Under the pieces are notes generated by a model. That model was not told the DNA's origin, ran no database searches, and saw only the letters and a program-made list of their open reading frames with translations. From Patescibacteria group bacterium (GTDB lineage Bacteria > Patescibacteriota > Minisyncoccia > Phycocordibacterales > UBA918): a stretch of 64,000 nt of DNA. The stretch lies in the NCBI GenBank assembly GCA_039188945.1, contig JBCCYW010000004.1, forward strand, positions 2,313 through 66,312, in the 5' to 3' direction. A program made the position numbers and the translations under genes. This document shows, one piece after another, positions 37,898 to 48,161 of this stretch. Numbering within the stretch: the stretch's first letter is position 1; the number at the start of each line of letters is the position of its first letter.

Positions 37898-39712
37898 TTA
37901 CTCTACCGTCACTGATTTCGCAAGATTGCGTGGTCGGTCAACATTAAAGCCTTTGGCTACCCCGACATAATAGGAAAAAAGATGCAGCGGCATAGTCGAG
38001 ACGATAGGCTGCAGGATAGGATGTACTTTTGGAACATAAAACACTTCATCAGCGATGCCAGCAATCTTTGTATCGCCTTCTGTCGCGATAGCAATAACTG
38101 GTGCACTCCTTGCTTTTACTTCTTCAATATTTGAAATCATTTTTTCGTAGACATTATCTTGTGGCGCAATTGCAATGACCGGGAACTCCTCATCGAGCAT
38201 TGCAATTGAACCATGCTTTAATTCCCCACCAGCATACGCCTCAGCGTGAATATAGGTAATTTCTTTCAGCTTCATGGAGCCCTCGAATGCAATCGGCGCG
38301 TGAAACTTACGGCCAATAAACATAGCATCTCGGTACTTGGTAAAATCTTTAGCTACTCGCTCGATGTTACTAGTATCTTTAAGCATTGTACGGACCACAT
38401 CAGGCAGCTTTGTAAGACCTTCTGCGATCTCCCTCCCTTCTGCTTGCGATAAATGTTTCTCTCGACCAATCAGAAGTGTGAGGAGTACAAAGGCCACCAG
38501 TTGCGAGATGACCACCTTGGTTGAAGCCACTGCAATTTCTGGACCAGCATGGTTGTACATTCCAGCATCGGTCTCGCGGGCAATGGTTGAACCCACCACA
38601 TTGACCATGCCAAGTGTTGAAAGACCAAGCTCTTTAGCAAGCCGAACAGCGGCTAGTGTATCGGCCGTTTCCCCCGATTGGGTAACTGCCAAGAGTGCAC
38701 TTTGTTTATCAGGGATATTTGTTTTGTAGCGATACTCGCTCGCCAACTCAATATCAACCGGCAAGCCAGCGTACTCTTCTAAAATGTACTTCCCTACATG
38801 CCCCGCTAAGTATGCCGAGCCACAACCGGCAATAGAGAGTCGGTTCAGGTTCACAAGTTGTGACAACACGGCCTCAAGTCCACCAAGCTTGGCCCGACCT
38901 TTCTCGACCAACAGTCGGCCCCGAATCGTATTTTCAATCACCTCAGGCGCTTCCATGATCTCTTTTAGCATGAAGTGTTCGTAGCCTTGCTTCTGCACCT
39001 GCTCAACATCCCATTCAACCTTTTCTGGCGCTCGATCTTGTTTCTCACCTTTGATGGTTGTGAGTTCGTAGTCATCCTTCGTAACCACCGCCATCTCACC
39101 ATCATTGAGATACACTACGTCTTTGGTGTGCACCAAAAGCGCCGATGGATCTGACGAGACAAAGTTTCCATCGGCGCCAATTCCTAGCACTATCGGACTA
39201 CCCATTCGAGCGACCACAATCTTGCTCGGATCTTTCTCACTCACTACCGCCAGACCATAGGTGCCGCGCACCATGCCGAGCGCTCCACGTACTGCTTGTT
39301 CGAGATTACCCGCATAGTGTGAGCCAATCAGCTTGGCTAAGACTTCGGTATCGGTATCACTTGTGAATGCAATCCCTTGCATGGCCAGTCCCTCTTTGAG
39401 CTCTTGATAGTTTTCAATAATCCCGTTATGGACGATCCATACAGTCTCGGCCATATCAGCGTGCGGATGGGCATTAGCTTCGGTCGGTGCACCATGAGTG
39501 GCCCAACGCGTGTGAGCAATACCACATGTACCAGGAACAGTATCGGTAATTTTTAGAGCCAGGTTATCAATGGGACCGACAGCCTTAATTGCTCCATACC
39601 CAGGCACAAATATTCCAGCTGAGTCATACCCTCGATACTCTAAAGTCCGAAGTCCTTCCGTTAAAATTGGTTCGGCAGTATGCGAACCGATATAGCCAAA
39701 AATACCGCACAT
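37898..39712 (-). CDS. glmS: Glutamine--fructose-6-phosphate aminotransferase
   Basis: MCGIFG, LEYRGYDSAG, HTRWATHG, PRNLAKSVTVE. Confidence 0.98.
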   Translation of the reverse strand: MCGIFGYIGSHTAEPILTEGLRTLEYRGYDSAGIFVPGYGAIKAVGPIDNLALKITDTVPGTCGIAHTRWATHGAPTEANAHPHADMAETVWIVHNGIIENYQELKEGLAMQGIAFTSDTDTEVLAKLIGSHYAGNLEQAVRGALGMVRGTYGLAVVSEKDPSKIVVARMGSPIVLGIGADGNFVSSDPSALLVHTKDVVYLNDGEMAVVTKDDYELTTIKGEKQDRAPEKVEWDVEQVQKQGYEHFMLKEIMEAPEVIENTIRGRLLVEKGRAKLGGLEAVLSQLVNLNRLSIAGCGSAYLAGHVGKYILEEYAGLPVDIELASEYRYKTNIPDKQSALLAVTQSGETADTLAAVRLAKELGLSTLGMVNVVGSTIARETDAGMYNHAGPEIAVASTKVVISQLVAFVLLTLLIGREKHLSQAEGREIAEGLTKLPDVVRTMLKDTSNIERVAKDFTKYRDAMFIGRKFHAPIAFEGSMKLKEITYIHAEAYAGGELKHGSIAMLDEEFPVIAIAPQDNVYEKMISNIEEVKARSAPVIAIATEGDTKIAGIADEVFYVPKVHPILQPIVSTMPLHLFSYYVGVAKGFNVDRPRNLAKSVTVE

Positions 39713-39745
39713 ATACCTAATGATACGGCATTTCCTGGGAAATAG

Positions 39746-41530
39746 TTACTCCTGTAGAAATCCTCCTGCCTGATGTTCCCAGAGGCGCTGGTAGGTGCCC
39801 CCAGCTTGGGTGAGGGTTTGATGGTTTCCATCTTCAACAACTTGGCCTGATTCTAAAACGATAATGCGATCCATTTCGCGGAGCGTTGAGAGACGGTGTG
39901 CGATTGCTACCACCGTTTTTCCAGCCATCAGTTCATGCAAGGCTTTTTGAATCGAGACCTCACTCTCACTATCGAGCGCCGAGGTAGCTTCGTCGAGAAT
40001 CAGTATCGGAGCGTCTTTGAGCATCGCCCGCGCAATCGCCACCCGCTGCTTTTGTCCACCTGAAAGTTTTACGCCGCGCTCTCCCACCAATGTATCGTAG
40101 CTATCTGGAAGCTCAGAAATAAAATCGTGGGCCTGGGCTTTTTTAGCAACCTCGATAATCTCCGCTTCGGTAGCATCTGGCTTTCCGTACGCAATATTTT
40201 CCCGAATCGTGCGATGGAACAACAGAGGCTCTTGCGGCACCACCGCAATATTTTGCCGCAGTGAATCCTGTGTCACTTCAGCAATATTCTGACCATCGAT
40301 CATGATCGCACCACCTGCCAGGTCATGTTGTCGGAGCAAGAGCGACACAAACGTCGTCTTCCCCGCCCCAGATGGACCAACCAACCCGACTCGCTGTCCA
40401 GGGGTGATAGTGAGGTTGAAGTCCTTAAAGACTTTGTTCTCTCCAAACTCAAATTGAACATCCTGCCACTCCATTTTTCCGTTTTGCACATTAAGAATCA
40501 TTGCGTCTGAGGAATCAGAAATCTCAAATGGTCTAATAATCTCTTTCAAACCTTCATCCATATTGCCAAAGAACCGAGCCCAATTAGTGAATGCTCTACC
40601 TATCCAAGTCAGCGTAAATGAAATTTGCAGAATTAGAGAAACAACCAAAACCATATCGCCTGTACCCACCAATCCAGCACGCCAATCAGTATAGAGCAGA
40701 TACATAACAGCGATGAGAAACAATCCTAAAATAACGATATTAACAATTTGAGTTCGATCACTAAACATCCAATTTCTCCGCTGAGCATTACGGTATGTGG
40801 TACTGAGCCTATCTACAGTTTCATTTTCGTTATTACTAGCAGTGTACTGACGTACAGAAACATTGTTTGTGAAAATATCAGTGACATGACCCTGTAGTTT
40901 TGAGGATGCCTCAGCTCCCTTTCTAGACAACTCTCGTTTTTTTGGCACAAACCTAAGATTGATCAGAATCAAAAATAATACGAGTGCAGCAAACAAACCG
41001 GCGATTTTTACATCGACAATGTACATAATTGCAAATGTAGTTATAAAACTCGCAACAACACTTACATATGTCCAAACAATCTCTGTAATTAACTGTTCTA
41101 GAGAATTGGCAACGTTAGATACTTTTCCAGTGAGGGTGCCAGCAAATCTGTCAGTAAAGTAGCTGTGGCTATGCTTAAGCGCATAATTAGTCAACTGATC
41201 ACAGGTATCCTTTTTACCGCTGGTCACCCAGAACATTGTGAGCCAACTACTCGCACGATGAGACAGCTGCACGAGCATGACAACTATCGGTAATCCAATA
41301 ACACTTAGCAGTACAATCTGCTGATCTCCTGCTTCAACACCATCGATGATGAACTTGTAGAAAAATGGAACTGACTGGTTTAGAACAGCGGAAACAACTT
41401 CAACCGAAATACCGCCAATCACAAAAACGAAGTGTGGCTGTGAAATATAAGCTAGAAATCCTAATGGTGTATCAGGTATCGACGGAATATGAGCCGCTCC
41501 GGGAGCGGTTGTAGAAACGTCTTTATGCAT
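39746..41530 (-). CDS. ABC exporter, fused TMD-NBD (MsbA/MdlB-like)
   Basis: GPSGAGKTT, LSGGQKQR, LILDEATSALD. Confidence 0.93.
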   Translation of the reverse strand: MHKDVSTTAPGAAHIPSIPDTPLGFLAYISQPHFVFVIGGISVEVVSAVLNQSVPFFYKFIIDGVEAGDQQIVLLSVIGLPIVVMLVQLSHRASSWLTMFWVTSGKKDTCDQLTNYALKHSHSYFTDRFAGTLTGKVSNVANSLEQLITEIVWTYVSVVASFITTFAIMYIVDVKIAGLFAALVLFLILINLRFVPKKRELSRKGAEASSKLQGHVTDIFTNNVSVRQYTASNNENETVDRLSTTYRNAQRRNWMFSDRTQIVNIVILGLFLIAVMYLLYTDWRAGLVGTGDMVLVVSLILQISFTLTWIGRAFTNWARFFGNMDEGLKEIIRPFEISDSSDAMILNVQNGKMEWQDVQFEFGENKVFKDFNLTITPGQRVGLVGPSGAGKTTFVSLLLRQHDLAGGAIMIDGQNIAEVTQDSLRQNIAVVPQEPLLFHRTIRENIAYGKPDATEAEIIEVAKKAQAHDFISELPDSYDTLVGERGVKLSGGQKQRVAIARAMLKDAPILILDEATSALDSESEVSIQKALHELMAGKTVVAIAHRLSTLREMDRIIVLESGQVVEDGNHQTLTQAGGTYQRLWEHQAGGFLQE

Positions 41531-41615
41531 ATGTAAAGGTGGCTTAGAGAGTAAGCAGGTAGTTATGTAGACGGATGAAACCGTGCTTTCTTACCAGAAG
41601 GGCTTGATTAAGCCA

Positions 41616-42179
41616 CTAGTGCGACAAACCTAGTATAGCATGAGCAGAGATTGCTCCTTCGCGGATGATTTCGATATCATCATCCACTACTTTTATTACC
41701 GTCGACGGTTGGCCAGAACGAGGACCGTCGTCGACCACTTTGTCGATAAGCGAAGCCTTATCACCAAACTGCTTCAGGATTGCTTCGGGAGTTTGTTCGG
41801 TTGCCAAGCCAGAAACATTGGCGCTGGTGCAAGTAAGCGGGGCATTGTGTTGTTCCATGAACTCTGCAATCACCTGTTGCGCGATTGGGTCGGGAGAGAT
41901 TCGAAAACTCACTGTGTTGTCTGGACCCCTAAGATCTGGCGGAATATTTTCTTTAGCTGGCAACACTAAGGTGAGCGGGCCGGGTAGAAATTGCGAAGCA
42001 ATTTCTGCCGCTTTTGATGAAAGCTCACCATACTGCGCGATATCTTCGATATCGCGCACCAGCCACGACAAAAACTTCTCTTCTCCCCTCCCCTTTAGGA
42101 AATTTAATGATTCTATAGCAGCATCATCAAGCGCATTCGCTCCCAGCGCATAGATTGTTTCGGTTGGGTAGAGGATCAT
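41616..42179 (-). CDS. tsaC: Threonylcarbamoyl-AMP synthase TsaC/YrdC
   Basis: PTETIYALG, KGR, PGPLTLVL, TSAN.SG. Confidence 0.92.
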   Translation of the reverse strand: MILYPTETIYALGANALDDAAIESLNFLKGRGEEKFLSWLVRDIEDIAQYGELSSKAAEIASQFLPGPLTLVLPAKENIPPDLRGPDNTVSFRISPDPIAQQVIAEFMEQHNAPLTCTSANVSGLATEQTPEAILKQFGDKASLIDKVVDDGPRSGQPSTVIKVVDDDIEIIREGAISAHAILGLSH

Positions 42180-42185
42180 TTTAGA

Positions 42186-43064
42186 TTACTTATTTTCGAG
42201 GTAATCTATTAGTTTCTGCTTAATTAAATTTACACCTCCAATATCTGTAGATTTATAGTAATCACCCTCTGGTGTTATCTGATAAAAATCTGGGTCATCA
42301 GTGGCAAAGGATTTAATCGCCGAACCAAAGTCAATAAGGTACGGTGTCCCGTCTTCTCCAACATATACATTTCCAGTATTACCACTTATATCTCTATGGT
42401 GATATCCGTGTTCGTTCAAGAAAATTATTCCGGCTTTTAATTTTTCAAAGAAAACATCTATGTCTACACCCTCTGGCCAAGTTGCGTTGTTTCGCTCATA
42501 AATGATGTCTGAAATACTGCACCCATACAACCGTTGCATCTTGATTGCCAAAACTTCATGAGTATTAACGAAACCCTCAACAGAGGGACACAGTAAGCCT
42601 GTATTCGAATCTTCTAGCAACTTCCCACACTGGTGTTGCAACAACGCTTCTCTGGATATGTTGGCACCAATCTTTTTTGCTCTCTCCAAAAATAAGGACT
42701 TGTAGCAAATGTCTTTTTGTCTGGTACTCGCAATAACCTCACCGTTTTCTCCTTTTCCTAAAAAAAAGTCCGCGCCTTGCTCATGAGCCCGATCAAGACT
42801 CTCTTGTATCGCTTCAGGATTGTTGGTAATAACCTCCATAGTGTCTGGTATCTCAGTCCATTCACTCGGCAGCAAGGCCCGCTTTCTTAAGATCAACTTT
42901 TCAGTAAGATAATCAACAGCATCTTTGTCACTAAAATCCTCAACCTCACCCCACAACATTTCTTGCAACTCATTCGGAAACTCTGAAATCAAGACATCTA
43001 CAGCATCTGAGCCATCCTCTTGTTCAAGTTTACGTTCTATTGTTGACTTGATTCTGTCTAGCAT
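42186..43064 (-). CDS. Protein kinase-like (Hanks/RIO-type fold) protein
   Basis: LGKGENGEV, CYK, HRDISGNTGN, LIDFG. Confidence 0.8.
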   Translation of the reverse strand: MLDRIKSTIERKLEQEDGSDAVDVLISEFPNELQEMLWGEVEDFSDKDAVDYLTEKLILRKRALLPSEWTEIPDTMEVITNNPEAIQESLDRAHEQGADFFLGKGENGEVIASTRQKDICYKSLFLERAKKIGANISREALLQHQCGKLLEDSNTGLLCPSVEGFVNTHEVLAIKMQRLYGCSISDIIYERNNATWPEGVDIDVFFEKLKAGIIFLNEHGYHHRDISGNTGNVYVGEDGTPYLIDFGSAIKSFATDDPDFYQITPEGDYYKSTDIGGVNLIKQKLIDYLENK

Positions 43065-43156
43065 TACAAAATAGTACCACTTACACCTCTGCTTTCAACT
43101 CATAGAAAATAAGGTTTTTTGTGTATATTTTTTGTGTATACTACTCCAACACTTTT

Positions 43157-43250
43157 GCGCATGTAGCTCAGCTGGTTAGTGGTTTGAATAAATCCCATTT
43201 ATTCAAACCATTTCCATTTTGAGGTCGGGCTAGAAGTTACAAATCAATAT
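43157..43250 (+). pseudogene. tRNA 5' fragment followed by hairpin, upstream of tRNA-Val
   Basis: GCGCATGTAGCTCAGCTGGTTAG then TGGTTTGAATAAAT-CCC-ATTTATTCAAACCA. Confidence 0.6.
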
Positions 43251-43323
43251 GTCCGGTTAGCTCAGCTGGTAGAGCGCTACATTGACATTGTAGAGGTCAC
43301 AAGTTCAAGTCTTGTACCGGACA
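43251..43323 (+). tRNA. tRNA-Val(GAC)
   Basis: Arm CTACA-TTGACAT-TGTAG; GTCCGGT/ACCGGAC acceptor. Confidence 0.95.
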
Positions 43324-43406
43324 CAACACCTGGGAGGTGTTGTGTCGATGTATCACCACTGAACGCGGCCGACAAACACCTGCGACAGCTGTGTTTGTTG
43401 AGTAAT

Positions 43407-44585
43407 ATGAACATCCTCTCAATTGAAACCTCAGCCGATGAAACTGGCGTAACCATCGTGGAAGCGTTGGGTGATTTCCCGACAGCAACATACAACGTGC
43501 TTGGTAACGCTGTACGAACGCAGATTGAAATGCACCGTGAATACGGCGGCATTTTCCCGGCCATGGCCAAGCGTGAACACGCCCTCGCCTTAGTTCCCCT
43601 TTTAGAAGCGGCGGTCGCTGAACATGGTTACAAGAAGGAATCTATTTCAGACATCGAGCCTGAGTTGGAAGAAAAAATTCGCACCATTCTCGAACGCGAA
43701 CCAAGCCTGGCAGACAACCTCCTCACCTTCCACAAAGAGCATGGCCCACTTCCAATTGAACTGGTTGCCGTCACCTCTGGCCCTGGGCTTGAACCCGCTC
43801 TATGGGTCGGCGTGAACTTTGCTCGGGCTCTGTCGCTTTTGTGGAACGTTCCAATGGTGCCAGTGAACCATATGGAGGGGCATATCCTAGCCAGTATTTT
43901 TGATGTTGAAGAGGACGATGAACTAACCCGGATCGAGTTCCCAGCGCTTTCCCTTCTGATTTCTGGCGGCCACACCGAACTCGTGCGAATGGATGACTGG
44001 GCACAATATGAAAAAATTGGTCAGACTCGCGATGACGCCGTCGGTGAAGCATTTGATAAAGTCGCGCGGATGATGGGGTTGCCGTATCCGGGAGGGCCCG
44101 AGATTGGCGCGCGAGCGAAGCGAGCGCGCCTAAAGAACTTGCCGCAGTTTACTGAACTCCCGCTGCCAATGCTCCACTCGGGTGATTTAGATATGTCGTT
44201 CTCAGGCCTCAAGACCGCCGTGCGATACGCCATTGAAGGCAAAGAACTGACGGAAGAGCAAAAAGAAGCATTGTCACGAGATTTTGAAGATGTGGTTACT
44301 GAAATATTGTTGAAGAAAACTAGCGCCGCAATCGAAGATTGCGGCGCCCACACCCTCATCGTTGGCGGCGGTGTTTCAGCGAGCCCACACCTGCGGCACG
44401 AGTTCAACAAGTATTTTCTGGAGCACTATCCTGACATCTCTGTCTACTTCCCTGTCCCCGGTCTTTCTACCGACAATAGTCTTATGATTGCGCTGGCTGG
44501 CCACGCCCGCCTCTCAGAAGCTCTCGCCCCTCGCGCCACTGATTTAATACGCGCTGACGGCAACCGCTCCCTTTCAAACGAATAG
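43407..44585 (+). CDS. tsaD: tRNA threonylcarbamoyltransferase TsaD
   Basis: ILSIETSADE, GPGL, NHMEGH, SGGHT, DDAVGEAFDK, TDN..MIA. Confidence 0.95.
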   Translation: MNILSIETSADETGVTIVEALGDFPTATYNVLGNAVRTQIEMHREYGGIFPAMAKREHALALVPLLEAAVAEHGYKKESISDIEPELEEKIRTILEREPSLADNLLTFHKEHGPLPIELVAVTSGPGLEPALWVGVNFARALSLLWNVPMVPVNHMEGHILASIFDVEEDDELTRIEFPALSLLISGGHTELVRMDDWAQYEKIGQTRDDAVGEAFDKVARMMGLPYPGGPEIGARAKRARLKNLPQFTELPLPMLHSGDLDMSFSGLKTAVRYAIEGKELTEEQKEALSRDFEDVVTEILLKKTSAAIEDCGAHTLIVGGGVSASPHLRHEFNKYFLEHYPDISVYFPVPGLSTDNSLMIALAGHARLSEALAPRATDLIRADGNRSLSNE

Positions 44586-44624
44586 TGTTGTCTTATAAGG
44601 TTCCTTGCGGTATCGTAGGATTCT

Positions 44625-46787
44625 ATGAAACAAGAGGTGCCAGAAATTTTCTTAAAGCCCTACGACTCAAAAGAGCACGAGGAAAAGCTCTACCAGATGT
44701 GGGAAGCATCAGGTTTTTTTAATCCTGATATTTGCGTAGAGAAAGGTGTAACTAAACCTGATGCTGAAGCATTTAGCATAATCATGCCTCCACCAAATGC
44801 CAATGGGCGGCTACACGCTGGACACGGCACAGATATGACGCTCAAAGACATCATGACTCGTTTTCACCGAATGCAAGGCAAGAAGACGCTGTTTCTTCCA
44901 GGTTCAGATCACGCTGGTTTTGAAACCCAAGGAGTATTTGAGAAAAAACTGCAAAAAGAAGGCCGGTCTCGCTTCGGTATGGACCGAGAGGAGCTCTACC
45001 AAGAAATCTGGGATTTTGTTCAGGAGAACAAAGGAGCTATGGAGAGCGACCTGCGAGCTTTGGGTGTTTCTTGTGACTGGTCGCGCAACACCTTTACCCT
45101 CGATCCCGAGATAGTCACCAAAGTTCAGGAAACATTCGTAAAAATGTATGAAGACGGACTTATCTATCGAGGCCGCCGAAGTATCCACTGGAATCCAAAA
45201 TTCCAAACCTCTCTCTCAGACATTGAGACAATGTTTGAAGACCGCAAGACACCTTTCTACTACTTCAAGTACGGACCGTTTACGATTGGTACCGTGCGCC
45301 CTGAGACGAAATTCTCAGATAAATATGTTGTGGTACACCCCAACGACAAGCGTTATGTAGAGTACGAGCATATGCAGGAGCTTGAAGTAGAGTGGATCAA
45401 TGGACCAATTAAGGCCACTGTCATCAAAGATGAAGCAGCTGACATGGAGAAAGGGTCTGGAGCGATGACAATTACCCCTTGGCATTCAGCGGTCGACTTT
45501 GAGCTAGCACAAAAATACAACCTTCCGATGGAGCAGATCATTGATTGGAACGGCAAGCTGCTCCCAGTTGCTGGAGAGTTTGCCGGCATGAATATTACCG
45601 TCGCCAGAGAAAAAATTGTTGAGAAACTTAAAGAGAAAGGTTTGCTGGTTGAAGTAGACGAAGACTACGTGAATGCTGTGAGGCTCTGTGAGCGAACTGG
45701 TGTCGTCGTTGAACCTCAAGTAAAAGATCAGTGGTTTGTGAAAATGGACAGCTTTGCCCAGTCTGTGCTCGACCAGCTCGCCAGTGGCGAAACAAATATC
45801 CTGACTACCACCCACGAGAAAACTCTGCGCCATTGGATGAACAACTCCCAAGACTGGAATATTTCAAGACAGATTGTCTGGGGCATCCGTATCCCGGCCT
45901 GGTTCCGCACTATAGATGGCAAAGAAGAAATGACGGCCAGTCTTACCGAACCAGCTGGTGAAGGTTGGATGCAAGACGAAGACACCTTCGACACTTGGTT
46001 TTCATCAGGCCAATGGCCAGTGCTGACGCTGCGCTATCCAGATCATCAAGACTTTAAAACCTTCTACCCTACTTCAGTGATGGAAACTGGGGCTGACTTA
46101 GTATTCAAATGGGTGCCGCGAATGATGATGTTCGGCAAATACCTGACTGGTAAGGCGCCATTCAAAACCATCTATTTCCACGGTATGGTGCTTGATAAGC
46201 ATGGTAAAAAAATGAGTAAGAGTAAAGGTAATGTGCTTTCACCGATTAAGCTAGGAGAAGAATTTGGTACTGACGCTACCCGTATGGCGTTTGTGGTGGC
46301 CAACCCTCCTGGGGCAGACATGCCGCTTTCAGAAGATAAAGTACGAGCCTACAAGAAGTTTGCTAATAAGATTTGGAACATCTCTCGCTTCACACTAGAT
46401 AGCGTTTCAGATATGTCTCACGACAGCGAACCTTCATATAGTCAGCGCGACACAGAAATTCTGGCATCGTTGGCTGATAATACTAAAGAGATCACCGAAG
46501 ACATCGAAAAATTCCGGTTACACTTAGCGGCTGAAAAGATTTATCACTATATATGGCACGAACTGGCAGACAAGATTCTTGAGGAATCGAAAGAAGTTAT
46601 TAATGGCGAAGACGTAGCAGCGAAACTAGCTCGCCAGCATGTTCTCAAGGAATGTCTCGTCACTTCTCTGAAGCTCCTCCACCCTTTCATGCCATACGTG
46701 ACCGAGGCTGTCTGGCAAGAACTACCGAAAGAAATACGTGATCGAGACATTTTGATGGTGGCGCAGTGGCCAAAATCTTCTTCTTAA
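44625..46787 (+). CDS. valS: Valyl-tRNA synthetase (short form)
   Basis: PPPN..G.LHAGH, DWNISRQIVWG, DTWFSS, KMSKS. Confidence 0.95.
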   Translation: MKQEVPEIFLKPYDSKEHEEKLYQMWEASGFFNPDICVEKGVTKPDAEAFSIIMPPPNANGRLHAGHGTDMTLKDIMTRFHRMQGKKTLFLPGSDHAGFETQGVFEKKLQKEGRSRFGMDREELYQEIWDFVQENKGAMESDLRALGVSCDWSRNTFTLDPEIVTKVQETFVKMYEDGLIYRGRRSIHWNPKFQTSLSDIETMFEDRKTPFYYFKYGPFTIGTVRPETKFSDKYVVVHPNDKRYVEYEHMQELEVEWINGPIKATVIKDEAADMEKGSGAMTITPWHSAVDFELAQKYNLPMEQIIDWNGKLLPVAGEFAGMNITVAREKIVEKLKEKGLLVEVDEDYVNAVRLCERTGVVVEPQVKDQWFVKMDSFAQSVLDQLASGETNILTTTHEKTLRHWMNNSQDWNISRQIVWGIRIPAWFRTIDGKEEMTASLTEPAGEGWMQDEDTFDTWFSSGQWPVLTLRYPDHQDFKTFYPTSVMETGADLVFKWVPRMMMFGKYLTGKAPFKTIYFHGMVLDKHGKKMSKSKGNVLSPIKLGEEFGTDATRMAFVVANPPGADMPLSEDKVRAYKKFANKIWNISRFTLDSVSDMSHDSEPSYSQRDTEILASLADNTKEITEDIEKFRLHLAAEKIYHYIWHELADKILEESKEVINGEDVAAKLARQHVLKECLVTSLKLLHPFMPYVTEAVWQELPKEIRDRDILMVAQWPKSSS

Positions 46788-46829
46788 GGTAGTATCGATT
46801 AAGAAACCAATTGCGACAGAGAGGTTGAA

Positions 46830-47069
46830 ATGGGCTTGATTGTTGCTGCCACACTGACACACCCAGGTAGTCTTGCAGGTGAAGACTGGAGTGCTTGGTT
46901 GAGAGATCTTGTCGAAAAAGAGTCTGGGTATGAGGCGCACATTCATTCGACAGGTGGTCGTGCCCCAGTCTCTGCCGGCCAAAGGATCTCTCTCAGAGTC
47001 ATGCCTCAACCAGAAGACAGACCGAGAGGATTAAGAGACCCAGTATCAGCTGAAATGCAGATACTGTGA
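46830..47069 (+). CDS. Small hypothetical protein
   Basis: GAGG SD; terminator-like hairpin ~47096-47120. Confidence 0.45.
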   Translation: MGLIVAATLTHPGSLAGEDWSAWLRDLVEKESGYEAHIHSTGGRAPVSAGQRISLRVMPQPEDRPRGLRDPVSAEMQIL

Positions 47070-47159
47070 GTCAAGACAGTACCTGATCCCCGACGGGCCG
47101 CGCGATAGCGCGGCCTTTTTGATTTACACCTCCAGATTATTCTGCTATCAATAACACAT

Positions 47160-47396
47160 ATGGAATCACCTGAACAAAAGACACATTCTGAAGTCGAGAA
47201 ACAATATATCGCTATCATCAAGCGCCTGCATGAAATACCAACTGACACAGAAGATGAGGCTTTGACTGAAGAAAAAATCAATCTATACGAACAGCTGAAA
47301 GATATCAGGGACAACCACCCTGATATCACAAAAGAGATTGATATGCGTGAGCAATTTGGTTATCCAGAATACGAAAACAAACCTGCCGACAACTAG
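47160..47396 (+). CDS. Small acidic hypothetical protein
   Basis: ORF with plausible composition; extended -10-like motif upstream. Confidence 0.6.
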   Translation: MESPEQKTHSEVEKQYIAIIKRLHEIPTDTEDEALTEEKINLYEQLKDIRDNHPDITKEIDMREQFGYPEYENKPADN

Positions 47397-47431
47397 TATC
47401 ACGTCGGTAGATTACTGCTACAATACTACTC

Positions 47432-48160
47432 ATGACACCAACGCTCTTTGCGATTGCGTTTTTGGGTGGCCTCATCCCGGCGCTTTTTTGGTTGTGGTTC
47501 TGGCTCCGTGAAGATCGGAAGAATCCAGAACCATTTCTCCTTATTGCCATTACCTTCATCGCTGGCATGGCGGTGGTACCGCTCGCTCTTCCGCTGCAGC
47601 AACTGGCTTGTGAAATCTTTCAAAACGGCGTTTGTCAGCCAGCCAGCGACAACCTGTTGTATACCTGGGTCATTATTGAAGAAGTCCTCAAATACGCAGC
47701 CGCATTGGTGGTAATTTTTTGGAATAAAGCCGTCGATGAGCCGATCGACATGATTATTTACATGATTACCATCGCGCTCGGGTTTGCTGCTCTCGAGAAC
47801 GCGCTCTTCATTGCCAATCCCCTAATGGCAGGCGATTATCTCAATACCGCGCTCACCGGGTCGTTCCGCTTCTTAGGCGCTACGCTCCTGCACGTACTGG
47901 CCTCAGGTACCATCGGCGTCCTGTTAGCTTTCTCGTTCTATAAGAGTAACCGGGTAAAATTATCGTTTGGTATGCTAGGGTTGTTCATTGCTATTGTATT
48001 GCACGCATTATTTAACTTTTTTATAATGGATGCAAGTGGCGAAACAATTCTAGGAGTATTTCTCTTCGTCTGGATGGGCATTATCGTACTCTTTCTACTC
48101 TTTGAGAAAGTAAAATTAGCTGAAGCCCAACATTACGCACGTCAACAAAATAATTTATGA
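47432..48160 (+). CDS. prsW: PrsW-family intramembrane protease
   Basis: PEP, IEEVLK, ALGFAALEN, LLH, LHALFN. Confidence 0.9.
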   Translation: MTPTLFAIAFLGGLIPALFWLWFWLREDRKNPEPFLLIAITFIAGMAVVPLALPLQQLACEIFQNGVCQPASDNLLYTWVIIEEVLKYAAALVVIFWNKAVDEPIDMIIYMITIALGFAALENALFIANPLMAGDYLNTALTGSFRFLGATLLHVLASGTIGVLLAFSFYKSNRVKLSFGMLGLFIAIVLHALFNFFIMDASGETILGVFLFVWMGIIVLFLLFEKVKLAEAQHYARQQNNL

Positions 48161-48161
48161 A

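Noticed and set aside
40500-41250. AT-richer TMD segment in the ABC exporter suggesting mosaicism
   Set aside because: It may reflect amino-acid composition; I cannot quantify it by eye.
2934-43250. Split, permuted or intron-containing tRNAs as an explanation for the tRNA fragments
   Set aside because: A complete uninterrupted tRNA lies next to each fragment, and no group I core or BHB motif was seen.
46830-47069. SLT-like motif LVEKESG in a small ORF
   Set aside because: There is no GLxQ motif and the ORF is too short.
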